Shown here: positions 16,537 through 24,373 of the stretch, in pieces
Layout: each line of letters starts with the position of its first letter
Numbering within the stretch: position 1 is the stretch's first letter
Origin: Parasynechococcus marenigrum WH 8102
Lineage (GTDB): Bacteria > Cyanobacteriota > Cyanobacteriia > PCC-6307 > Cyanobiaceae
Direction of reading: 5' to 3'
Length of the DNA stretch: 32,000 nt
Assembly: GCF_000195975.1 (NCBI RefSeq)
Contig: NC_005070.1
Span: 930,001-962,000, forward strand
The notes under the pieces: generated by a model
The model's database searches: none
What the model saw: only the letters and a program-made list of their open reading frames with translations
What the model was told of the DNA's origin: nothing
Made by a program: the position numbers and the translations under genes

Positions 16537-17207
16537 TGAATTGTCATGCTACGGCCTGAATTACCCCAGAAATTGATAGGGTCATCTTTGTACCAGGGTT
16601 CCCAACCAATAGGAACTTTATTTTTTCTGGCAGATCGTTTTATCTCTCTGTACATCTTATACCCTGATGCTTCTAGTACTATGAAAACGGCTTGATTATT
16701 TGTGTTTAGGTTTTTCATTAGTGTGTCTAGCCAATCTCTCAATTCTTCACTCTCAGAGTCAATCGTAGGTTCTTGTGACCTTAGGATTTGTCCTTTCTCA
16801 TGATTGATTGTCATTGATATACCATTAATTTGCTCTTCCTTTTCCCATCCGTTTAATTTGCTATTGCAGATTTCTAGCTCTGGAGATAACAAGTTTTCAC
16901 AACTTCTTACCTCTTTGGCCCTCTCGCGGTCTAGTTCAGCCATTCTATTTATTGCAGGCTGTAAATCCCACACTCCTTCTTTTGCTGCTTGTAAAGTCCA
17001 GAATTGTTTCTTTGTTTCTTTTTTCATTGGCGCTTGTATATTGACTGCACTTGTTGCAGCGAAGACACCAGCAAGTGAGCTAACTAGCACAAGTACCCCA
17101 ACAACATTGCATAAGAGATCTAATAGGCTGTCTGAGCTGTCAGCTAACCCAGATGAACTTTTTTTGCCCTTTTTACGGAGAAGGATTTGTTTCTGTTCGG
17201 TATTCAT
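16533..17207 (-). CDS. ExbD/TolR-like single-pass membrane protein (long paralogue, 224 aa)
   Basis: Basic N-terminus (LLRKKGKKSS). Then an Asp at the start of one hydrophobic helix (SLLDLLCNVVGVLVLVSSLAGVFAA), as in the ExbD/TolR/MotB transmembrane Asp. The C-terminal part (..NQAVFIVLEASGYKMYREIKRSARKNKVPIGWEPW) resembles the ExbD periplasmic domain and that of the neighbouring paralogue. ATGA start/stop overlap at 17204-17207. No OmpA-like peptidoglycan-binding domain. Confidence 0.6.
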   Translation of the reverse strand: MNTEQKQILLRKKGKKSSSGLADSSDSLLDLLCNVVGVLVLVSSLAGVFAATSAVNIQAPMKKETKKQFWTLQAAKEGVWDLQPAINRMAELDRERAKEVRSCENLLSPELEICNSKLNGWEKEEQINGISMTINHEKGQILRSQEPTIDSESEELRDWLDTLMKNLNTNNQAVFIVLEASGYKMYREIKRSARKNKVPIGWEPWYKDDPINFWGNSGRSMTIQ

Positions 17208-17653
17208 TTGGGACTCTCCGGAAACTTAACTTTAAGTTCACTTTCGATTGGTTCGTAGCCATATTCTAACTTATTGAACTCTGCTTTCGATCTTAGTTTT
17301 TCAAAACAAAGATATCCTTCAGGTCGTACACCTATGATTATGTATTGGGGTGTTTCATCAGTTCCTAGGCTTTTTATGATGACATCTACTTTCTCATCGT
17401 TTATATTCATATCCATACTTTCGTTTCGGATTAACATGTTCATATTTCCCTCCTTATTGCATACAATATAATTTCCATTTTTACCTTTACCTTCTCCTCC
17501 GGCAGGCAGGAGTTTCACCACATTGACTCCTGGTTTAATTTGCAAAGCGAATATTACGAGTGTCAATGTCTGGACACCAATTGTTGCAGTCATTATGTTT
17601 AGGAACGATGACAGATCCATACCTGCGTCGCCCTTTTTTCTGCGTCTTCCCAT
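17204..17653 (-). CDS. ExbD/TolR-like single-pass membrane protein (short paralogue, 149 aa)
   Basis: MGRRRKKGDAGMDLSSFLNIMTATIGVQTLTLVIFAL has a basic N-terminus, an Asp, then one TM helix. The C-terminal part (..PQYIIIGVRPEGYLCFEKLRSKAEFNKLEYGYEPI) is paralogous to the 224-aa protein. Its ATG (17651-17653) overlaps the TAA of the MotA-like gene (TAATG). Confidence 0.6.
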   Translation of the reverse strand: MGRRRKKGDAGMDLSSFLNIMTATIGVQTLTLVIFALQIKPGVNVVKLLPAGGEGKGKNGNYIVCNKEGNMNMLIRNESMDMNINDEKVDVIIKSLGTDETPQYIIIGVRPEGYLCFEKLRSKAEFNKLEYGYEPIESELKVKFPESPK

Positions 17654-18966
17654 TATCTTGACCTAATTTTGTCCATAAGTATACCTATGCCAAATCCATT
17701 CCTTTCTCTTCTCATGTTCTTATTCAGCAGGTCAATGGATTCTTTCAATTCAATCAACGATCGTAATTGAGCTTTTTGATCTATACCGATCCTATTTTCA
17801 GCTAACAAGTCGCTTAGTTCACCGGCAAGCAAATTCATTGCATTTCTTATGATGTCAGTCTGTTCCTGTAAGCTTAGGCGTGCTTCACTCACTCCTTCTA
17901 CAGAATCTCTGACAATTGTTGTAAGTGGTGTTAGTTTTTCTATCGTTGCTTCCGTTAATTTTTCTGCATAAACCTGGGCTGGTTCTACCAGTACTGATGG
18001 ATCTGGTAGATGTTTTTCGAACGCATCGCTTATCAACCCTGCAATGTCGTCCCCAAAAATCTCTTTTGGTGTGGGTTTCTCTGGAGTTTTCTCTGATGTT
18101 CCACCGCCAGCACCACCTCCAGTCCCTTCTCCAGACTGTGACGCTATTTCACCGCTACCCAGAGGACTCAGTGATAAGACTCCATCTCTCACAACTCCGT
18201 CAATTTGGCTCAGTAATCTATCTTCAATCTTTTCACAAAGTGTGAGTGGGAATGCCAAAAATACTGATATTACCAGTGCTAGGAATGTTGTGTCGAACGC
18301 TGTACCAAGTCCCCCAGTAACTTGAACCAAGCCATCTTTTAGACCATCAACGTTGTCTGCGTTACTAAGAACGGCATCAAATGAACCAACAGCTTGGGAC
18401 ATTCCAATAACAGTTCCTATAAATCCAGTCAGTGGAATTGCCCATAATAATAGCTTTGGAAAACTAAAACTACTACTCATGGATAATTCGTAAAGATCAA
18501 CATCTCCATCGGCAGCTCGTTCCAGCTGAAACGCTGATCCTGTTGATTCCCATACATCCAATAGGTGTAGAAGTCGTTTACCGACGAGAGATCCAGAATT
18601 CTCAGATTTAAGTTTTATAGCCTCTAAATCACCTTGCCTTACTAAACTTGGTATTTCTAGATCAAATGCTAAATAATCTTTCTGTGCTTTTTGCAAAATG
18701 CGTAATTTGTTAAATAAGAACCACCCCAGCATTCCGCCCAATATGAGTGTTGCAACTTGGGTTGGTCCACGCTGATGAAAAAGGGCATGCCCTGGCATTG
18801 CGTCTGGAAAGTTCACCGCCCAGATCAAAAAGCCAGCAATCCCCCCGGTGATGATCCACCGACCGAATTTTGGATCAAGGTCATTGCCAAGGCCCAAGCT
18901 TACCGAAGGTACAGGTACGCTTCTGCTTCTTGCATCTGCTTCGAGTTGTCCTGTGGAGGTTGTCAC
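17653..18966 (-). CDS. MotA/TolQ/ExbB-family ion-channel protein with an extended C-terminal tail (437 aa)
   Basis: Four hydrophobic segments: WIITGGIAGFLIWAV, VATLILGGMLGWFLF, LLLWAIPLTGFIGTVIGM, TFLALVISVFLAFPLTL. Both family hallmark motifs are present (..PLTGFIGTVIGM.. and ..GGLGTAFDTTFLALVISVFLAFP..). These are followed by a Gly-rich linker GEGTGGGAGGGTSEKTPEKPTPKE and ~140 aa of probably helical sequence not found in canonical ExbB/TolQ. GTG start at 18964-18966. Confidence 0.8.
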   Translation of the reverse strand: MTTSTGQLEADARSRSVPVPSVSLGLGNDLDPKFGRWIITGGIAGFLIWAVNFPDAMPGHALFHQRGPTQVATLILGGMLGWFLFNKLRILQKAQKDYLAFDLEIPSLVRQGDLEAIKLKSENSGSLVGKRLLHLLDVWESTGSAFQLERAADGDVDLYELSMSSSFSFPKLLLWAIPLTGFIGTVIGMSQAVGSFDAVLSNADNVDGLKDGLVQVTGGLGTAFDTTFLALVISVFLAFPLTLCEKIEDRLLSQIDGVVRDGVLSLSPLGSGEIASQSGEGTGGGAGGGTSEKTPEKPTPKEIFGDDIAGLISDAFEKHLPDPSVLVEPAQVYAEKLTEATIEKLTPLTTIVRDSVEGVSEARLSLQEQTDIIRNAMNLLAGELSDLLAENRIGIDQKAQLRSLIELKESIDLLNKNMRRERNGFGIGILMDKIRSR

Positions 18967-19000
18967 TGTTCAGTTGATGTAATGTTGATTTGCTGATAGT

Positions 19001-19324
19001 TTACTTTTTTTCTGTATTCCATTCTTGCCATTCTACTTCTAACTCTCCAGCATCATTAGCTCCTGGTGCTGGAATCTTTGTTAGCAGTTCGTCTGGTAGT
19101 CCGAGACGTTGAAAGACCGTTTGTCTTTGTACCGCCGGCATTGCGGAAAACGACCTCACCACATCTCTTACTTTGTACTCTGAGTAGACCATTTTCATTA
19201 ATTCATCTTGATCCTCATCTGGAAGATTTTTAAACCAATTGACAAACTTTTCGGTTTTAGTTTTAAGGTCCATTTTCGGAGGGTTCAGCGGGGGCATCCC
19301 TCCAATTATAGCCCCTAATGTCAA
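19001..19324 (-). CDS. Hypothetical protein (up to 107 aa), sitting between the T1SS genes and the stator-like operon
   Basis: Open frame with island-like composition; 18-nt gap to the HlyD gene and 34-nt gap to the MotA-like gene. The start is ambiguous: TTG at 19324, ATG at 19297, ATG at 19273. Acidic and helical-looking (NLPDEDQDELMKMVYSEYKVRD). No recognisable family. Confidence 0.55.
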   Translation of the reverse strand: MTLGAIIGGMPPLNPPKMDLKTKTEKFVNWFKNLPDEDQDELMKMVYSEYKVRDVVRSFSAMPAVQRQTVFQRLGLPDELLTKIPAPGANDAGELEVEWQEWNTEKK

Positions 19325-19342
19325 GCAGTCCCCAGCTCTAGT

Positions 19343-20503
19343 TTACTTACTTGATTTTATTCTAGTAAGCGAATCTAAGGCCTTTTGTACCGCATCTGTT
19401 AGTAATGATATGACCCGCTTATCTCTAAGAATGAGATTCACTTGTACACTTTGGCCCGCACTGATTTCGTATTTTTCTCCATCTTTTTCAAGATAGTCCT
19501 TGTCAATCTTCACGTATGCCGGGAACCTAGGCATTGGATTTTGTTGATCTGGTTCTAGTGGAAGTGTCCCCACTGACTTCAAGGACCCTGTAATTGATCC
19601 AAATTGTGTATACGGAAAAGCATCGACCCTTATTTGGGCTTTCATTCCAGGCTTCATAAAACCAACATCTTGATTAGTAATGTATATTTTTGCCTCGATT
19701 TCCCCTCCTGGGACAACTTTTACGAGTGTCTCTCCCGCCGAAGCCGCATACCCTGCGCTTGATGGAATCATCCCATAGACAATTCCTGCAATCGGTGCGC
19801 TCAATTTTTCTTTTGTTATCGTATCCTGAACTTCAACCATTTGCCGTTCTAGTTCTGATATTTCACGCAGGGATTCTTGTTTTAGTTTGTTGAGCTGTGC
19901 TTCTACTTCCTCCAAGTCCGCTTTTACAACTTGTGCCTCTGACTCCAGTTGTTCTACTTTATTCCTTTGCCTTAGCAGCTCTGTTAGTTGCATTGCGCCA
20001 ATCTCTGCTAAGGGTATGATATTTGTATATATACTTGATTCTGTATTTAACGATCTATTTATACCATTTAATCGCTCGACTACTCCTCTCTTTCTAGCCT
20101 CGACAGCTCTCGACTCTTCTTCAAATCTTTTTCTTTCGAGCTTTATTTGTGTTTCTAATGTTTCTTTTCTCTTTCGAGATACGTCTGCGTCAAATCTCAA
20201 TAAGGTGTCTCCTGCATTAACTTTTTGCCCCTCCTTAGCTACAATATCCTTAATTACTCCCCCGAATGGTGCTTTGACTGGTCTTTCAGCACCCAGCGGT
20301 TGTAATTCTCCAGGAGCCAGTACTACTTCGTCAATTTTTGCAAATACAGCAAATATAAATCCGAGTGATGCTGTCGAAATAATGGTCCATGCCAGAGCCT
20401 TGCTCCAAAGAGGTGCCGGCCTTAGTTGTACTTCTTGATGATTGAGTGGCCTTACAGCCAGACTTGAGTTGGTTTTTGGGCTATTTGAATTTGAGGTAGT
20501 CAT
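19343..20503 (-). CDS. HlyD-family membrane fusion (periplasmic adaptor) protein of a type I secretion system
   Basis: 386 aa. N-terminal TM ALAWTIISTASLGFIFAVFA. Lipoyl-like motif VKAPFGGVIKDIVAKEGQKVNAGDTLLRFD. Long coiled-coil stretch (KRKETLETQIKLERKRFEEE...LEEVEAQLNKLKQESLREISELERQ). Second lipoyl half LSAPIAGIVYG and a beta-barrel end. ATG at 20501-20503, 2 nt after the ABC gene stop. Confidence 0.85.
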   Translation of the reverse strand: MTTSNSNSPKTNSSLAVRPLNHQEVQLRPAPLWSKALAWTIISTASLGFIFAVFAKIDEVVLAPGELQPLGAERPVKAPFGGVIKDIVAKEGQKVNAGDTLLRFDADVSRKRKETLETQIKLERKRFEEESRAVEARKRGVVERLNGINRSLNTESSIYTNIIPLAEIGAMQLTELLRQRNKVEQLESEAQVVKADLEEVEAQLNKLKQESLREISELERQMVEVQDTITKEKLSAPIAGIVYGMIPSSAGYAASAGETLVKVVPGGEIEAKIYITNQDVGFMKPGMKAQIRVDAFPYTQFGSITGSLKSVGTLPLEPDQQNPMPRFPAYVKIDKDYLEKDGEKYEISAGQSVQVNLILRDKRVISLLTDAVQKALDSLTRIKSSK

Positions 20504-20505
20504 TT

Positions 20506-23500
20506 TTAGGATTCTTGTTGGTGGTAAAGTGTTGCATAGCGGCCATCCAATGCCATAAGTTCTTCATGAGTACCTTTTTCAACTAATGCCCCTTGATCCA
20601 TTACAAGAATAACATCAGCAAATTTGAGAGATGCCAATCTATGAGTTATAAAGAAAACGGTGCTATCCTTATACAATTCTATCAGATTTGCCGTTAATCT
20701 TCTTTCAGTGTCTACATCAAGAGCACTTGTTGCTTCATCTAGTACTAGTAATCTTGGTCTCCTGATTATCATTCTTGCTATTGCCATTCTTTGTCTTTGT
20801 CCTCCACTCATTCCAGCTCCTCTTTCCCCTACGGAGCTGTTGTAGCCGGCGGGCATAGCTTGAATAAATTCGTGTGCACAGGCAATTTGTGCTGCTACTA
20901 CAACTTCCTCAAATGATGCATCAGGCCTTGCTAACGCAATATTTGACATTACTGACCCGTCGAACAACAGACTATCTTGTGGTACTACACCGATTTGCGA
21001 TCTTAAGGAGTAGAGATCTACTTTGCTAATGTCATTATCGTCTATGAGAATTTGGCCATCGTTTATTTCGTATAACCTTGTTAGCATTTTCAACATTGTG
21101 CTTTTGCCAGAGCCACTACTTCCCACGACCCCAATGAATGAACCTTGTTCAATTTTGAAATTAATGTTTGATAGATTAAGTGCTCCTTCCTTCCCAAATC
21201 TAAAGTTAACACCTTTATATTCCACTGTTCCTACTATGGGAGGTATTGGTGGCTTTTGTTCTCCAGTAATTTCTAATTCTTGGGGATGATCTACGATATC
21301 AGCCAGTCTCTCTAACGATAATGCAGTTTCTTGAAAATTTTGCCATAAGTTTGCCATCCTAAGCAAAGGACTTGTCACGTAACTTGCTAGGATTCTGAAG
21401 GCAATTAATTGTCCAAGTGTTAGTTCACCTTTTAATACTAGTGAGGCTCCAATCCACAAAACAATAAGTCCTGAAAGCTGTTCAAGAAACTGACTTGCTG
21501 ATCCGGCCGCTGTGCTTGTTACGGTGTTCCTAAAACCCGATGTTATCTGACCTCCGTAGAGCTGTTGCCATCGCCACCGACTATGAATTTCCATACTCTG
21601 GCCCTTAATGGTTTCCATTCCTCCAACGGTCTCAACTAAGTGACTTTGTACCCGAGCGTTAGCTTCAGCCTGTTCTCTAAGTTGCTTTCGTATGATTGGT
21701 GCTGATACTAATGTCAACCCCACAAATAATGGAACTACTACTAATGACCATACTGTTAATTGGACTGAGTAAAGTAACATAACAGCAATGTAGATGATTG
21801 CAAAAATTGCATCTAACACTACCGTTAGCGCTGTTCCGGTCAAAAACTGTCTTATTTTTTGTAGTTCATTGATTCTGCTGCTTACTTCACCGACTGGTCG
21901 ATCTGAAAAGTAACCTAATGGAAGCCTAAGTAGGTGATCGATGATTGATGAACCTAATGAGATATCGATTCGATTTGTAGTATCTGCAAATAGGTATGTC
22001 CTTAGCGAAGATAATACCGCTTGAGCTAGACTCATGCCTATTAACAATGTTCCAAGCACATTAAGGCTGCTAACATTTCCTTGGCTGATCACAGCATCTA
22101 TTATTTGTTGTATCAAAAGTGGATTTAATAATCCAAATAGTTGTACAAAAAAACTGGCGACTAGAACCTGAATAAGGACTGCTTTATGTTCTTTTAAAGC
22201 TGGTATAAACCATCCCAACCCAAATCGTTTCTTAGGTGATACTTTGCTTCTTTGAATCGTTAAAACCTGTATTGTTCCATCATCGTTTCTAGCACCTAAG
22301 TCTTTTGTTGAAACTTTTATTTGTCCTTCTTCGGGGCAACTGATCAGTGCTTGGCCAACCATGTCCGCTGACCATAATATTATTGGTTTATTCTTACGTA
22401 TTGCTATTGCAGGTAATTGTAAACGCCCTATCTGGTTTTCCGTTACATTTATTTGTGTTGCTCTAAGGCCAATTAAGTCAGCAGTAGCAGCAAGTTGAAT
22501 CAAACCAATTGATCTTTCTCCCGTTTCTGATAATTCATTTCTCATCAATTGATCTTCAATTATTCTCTGTATTACATCTTTTCTAAAAGGTATATCAAAG
22601 TATCTCGCAAGCATTCTTAATGCAGCCATTGGAATCCCTACAGGTCCAGACCCATCCAACTGTGGAAAGCTCCCGTCATCGCCAAGCTTTCCATACCAAT
22701 CTTCAAGAGCCTCCTGCTGTTTTTCTACTGCAACTATTGCTGTGCTGCTTTCTTGCCAGTCAGGTTCTACGACTTCAGCCTCAATTTGGAGAGGTGCAGC
22801 CTCGCTAGAGTCTGGGCTTACGACTAATACTTGTGGGACATTGATTGGAGGTGTAGCTCCACTTTTAGAGATTAATCTTGCAGGAACTTTCCCTTGAACT
22901 ATTAACTTCATTGGTCCAAGTAATTCTTCACCTGGCTTGCATCCAGAAATGTTTGAACTGCTTACCAACCACGGCCCCCATTTAGAATCAACAAAGTGTT
23001 CACCTGGAGGTAGTAATAATATTTTGTGATCTCCTTTTGATTCTGCTATTTTGTTGCTTGCCCAGTCTTTTATCTCGTTTTTCGTGTTATTTAGAGGCGA
23101 ATTTGTTAATATACTAACTCCATACAATTCTTCAATGTTAGGTTCAAGAAATTCATTTGCAAATTCTGCGTTTTCCGCTATTACTTGCAGAAATCCAGTT
23201 TGAGGAAGCAGCCATAGCAAGCTTGGCTGCGATGCGGCTAATGCATAACCAGTTACCCCCCTGAGGATTCCAATATGTCCAGCTTGATCTCCTGGAGCTA
23301 ATCTATATAGTGTGAAAGGTTCTTCTCTTTCATCTAATGCAAGCAATCTCATCTGACCCTCTGCTATGAGGGCTATCCCTGGAGGAAGGTCTGAAAAATC
23401 ATATAATTTTTGACCCGGACGTAATCGTAATGGTTGAATTGTTTCTGCTAGTTTTGCCTTTTGCTCTGTTGATAGTTTTGAGAAAGGCGCCCAGGAGTTG

Positions 23501-23529
23501 ATTAGGCGCAATGCCTGTCTTAATTGCAT
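20506..23529 (-). CDS. Type I secretion ABC exporter with N-terminal cyclic-nucleotide-binding-like domain and a degenerate (non-catalytic) C39-like domain
   Basis: 1007 aa. Residues ~1-130 are a cNMP-binding-type beta-barrel (LRLRPGQKLYDFSDLPPGIALIAEGQMRLLALDEREEPFTLYRLAPGDQAGHIGILRG). Residues ~290-440 are a C39-like fold (GPVGIPMAALRMLARYFDIPFRKDVIQRI) with no Cys or His at the catalytic positions. Then a six-helix exporter TMD, Walker A GSSGSGKST, ABC signature MSGGQRQR and Walker B LLVLDEATS. Confidence 0.9.
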   Translation of the reverse strand: MQLRQALRLINSWAPFSKLSTEQKAKLAETIQPLRLRPGQKLYDFSDLPPGIALIAEGQMRLLALDEREEPFTLYRLAPGDQAGHIGILRGVTGYALAASQPSLLWLLPQTGFLQVIAENAEFANEFLEPNIEELYGVSILTNSPLNNTKNEIKDWASNKIAESKGDHKILLLPPGEHFVDSKWGPWLVSSSNISGCKPGEELLGPMKLIVQGKVPARLISKSGATPPINVPQVLVVSPDSSEAAPLQIEAEVVEPDWQESSTAIVAVEKQQEALEDWYGKLGDDGSFPQLDGSGPVGIPMAALRMLARYFDIPFRKDVIQRIIEDQLMRNELSETGERSIGLIQLAATADLIGLRATQINVTENQIGRLQLPAIAIRKNKPIILWSADMVGQALISCPEEGQIKVSTKDLGARNDDGTIQVLTIQRSKVSPKKRFGLGWFIPALKEHKAVLIQVLVASFFVQLFGLLNPLLIQQIIDAVISQGNVSSLNVLGTLLIGMSLAQAVLSSLRTYLFADTTNRIDISLGSSIIDHLLRLPLGYFSDRPVGEVSSRINELQKIRQFLTGTALTVVLDAIFAIIYIAVMLLYSVQLTVWSLVVVPLFVGLTLVSAPIIRKQLREQAEANARVQSHLVETVGGMETIKGQSMEIHSRWRWQQLYGGQITSGFRNTVTSTAAGSASQFLEQLSGLIVLWIGASLVLKGELTLGQLIAFRILASYVTSPLLRMANLWQNFQETALSLERLADIVDHPQELEITGEQKPPIPPIVGTVEYKGVNFRFGKEGALNLSNINFKIEQGSFIGVVGSSGSGKSTMLKMLTRLYEINDGQILIDDNDISKVDLYSLRSQIGVVPQDSLLFDGSVMSNIALARPDASFEEVVVAAQIACAHEFIQAMPAGYNSSVGERGAGMSGGQRQRMAIARMIIRRPRLLVLDEATSALDVDTERRLTANLIELYKDSTVFFITHRLASLKFADVILVMDQGALVEKGTHEELMALDGRYATLYHQQES

Positions 23530-23647
23530 TTATCAAATTTGACCTTTCAACGTTAGCACATAGGTATATTACTTAGCAGTAATTTTTTTGTTTGTCAGTA
23601 CAATCTAACGCAGAGGCTCGTCTGTCTTCTTTGCTACTGAATTATTT

Positions 23648-24373
23648 TCACATCGTCTTCTGGGACACTATATCTCTTGACTTCTTCAGTTCTTCTGCTA
23701 GGAGTTCCTCGCCCAGTTCCGACAATATTTTCAACCTCTCTTCTTTGTTGAAGACTGCCGGCCAGAGTTTTTCACTTATAACGATTCCCCATCCGTTTTC
23801 AATTTTTATTGGCGGCCATACTTGTTTGGGTTGACTAATCCTTAGCAATTCAGCAAGTGCATCAGGTAACTCTTGTAGTTTAACTGGTCCAACCCTACCG
23901 ATTTTTAATCCCTGAGGAGGATTTGTCGAGAGTAGAATAGCATCATCAACGGAGCATTCTCCCTCTTTGATGCGAACAAATACTTCGCCAGCAAACGCTT
24001 CGTCATCTATCCATATCATTGAGTAGCTAACTTTGTCTAACTTTGCCTTTTCTTTTAGGAATTTTGTTGCAGCTTGGTTTTTGAACTTCTTTTCGCAAAC
24101 TTTAATCCATCTATAATATCTTGTTGCCCTTGTTAGTAACGATTCCTTGTCTACGTTCTCGCTCCTCATCCATTTCGCAAGTTCTTCTTGGGTATAGATG
24201 TTCATGCTACTTAAATATACTTGTATTACCTCTTCCTCCGATGCGTCTAGTGTTATTTCCGTCTCGATCAATTCATCAAGTACTAGTTCTCGTTTTATGG
24301 AGCCTTCGATGCCCCATCTTTTCAGATCTTCAGGATTTATAGCTTTTGTGCTCACTTGGTGCTTTGCCGACAC
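23648..24373 (-). CDS. Parvulin/PpiC-type peptidyl-prolyl isomerase-like protein (SurA-like accessory gene of cyanobacterial T1SS clusters), first gene of the array
   Basis: 241 aa, GTG start (24371-24373). The C-terminal half follows the parvulin pattern: VSYSMIWIDDEAFAGEVFVRIKEGECSVDDAILLS....G.IGRVGPVKLQELPDALAELLRISQPKQVWPPIKIENGWGIVISEKL. The functional call is by-eye only; the CDS itself is solid. Confidence 0.55.
   Translation of the reverse strand: MSAKHQVSTKAINPEDLKRWGIEGSIKRELVLDELIETEITLDASEEEVIQVYLSSMNIYTQEELAKWMRSENVDKESLLTRATRYYRWIKVCEKKFKNQAATKFLKEKAKLDKVSYSMIWIDDEAFAGEVFVRIKEGECSVDDAILLSTNPPQGLKIGRVGPVKLQELPDALAELLRISQPKQVWPPIKIENGWGIVISEKLWPAVFNKEERLKILSELGEELLAEELKKSRDIVSQKTM

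Noticed and set aside
16533-18966. Flagellar stator (MotAB) or Zorya-type anti-phage system interpretation of the MotA-like gene
   Set aside because: The partner proteins are short and ExbD-like, without an OmpA-like peptidoglycan-binding domain. The MotA-like tail (~140 aa) is much shorter than I would expect for ZorA. No ZorC/D-like, nuclease, helicase or flagellar genes are nearby. The context is secretion and surface protein.
16054-18966. Ordinary TonB-ExbB-ExbD or Tol-Pal system
   Set aside because: No TonB/TolA-like Pro-rich protein, TonB-dependent receptor, TolB or Pal is in the window. The MotA-like protein has an atypical long tail. This is not fully excluded, because partner genes could lie elsewhere.
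19001-19324. The 107-aa ORF begins MTLGAIIGG|MPP, reminiscent of a double-glycine leader for the C39-type exporter
   Set aside because: A 9-aa leader is far too short. It depends on a TTG start when ATGs exist at 19297 and 19273. The exporter's C39-like domain lacks the catalytic Cys/His.
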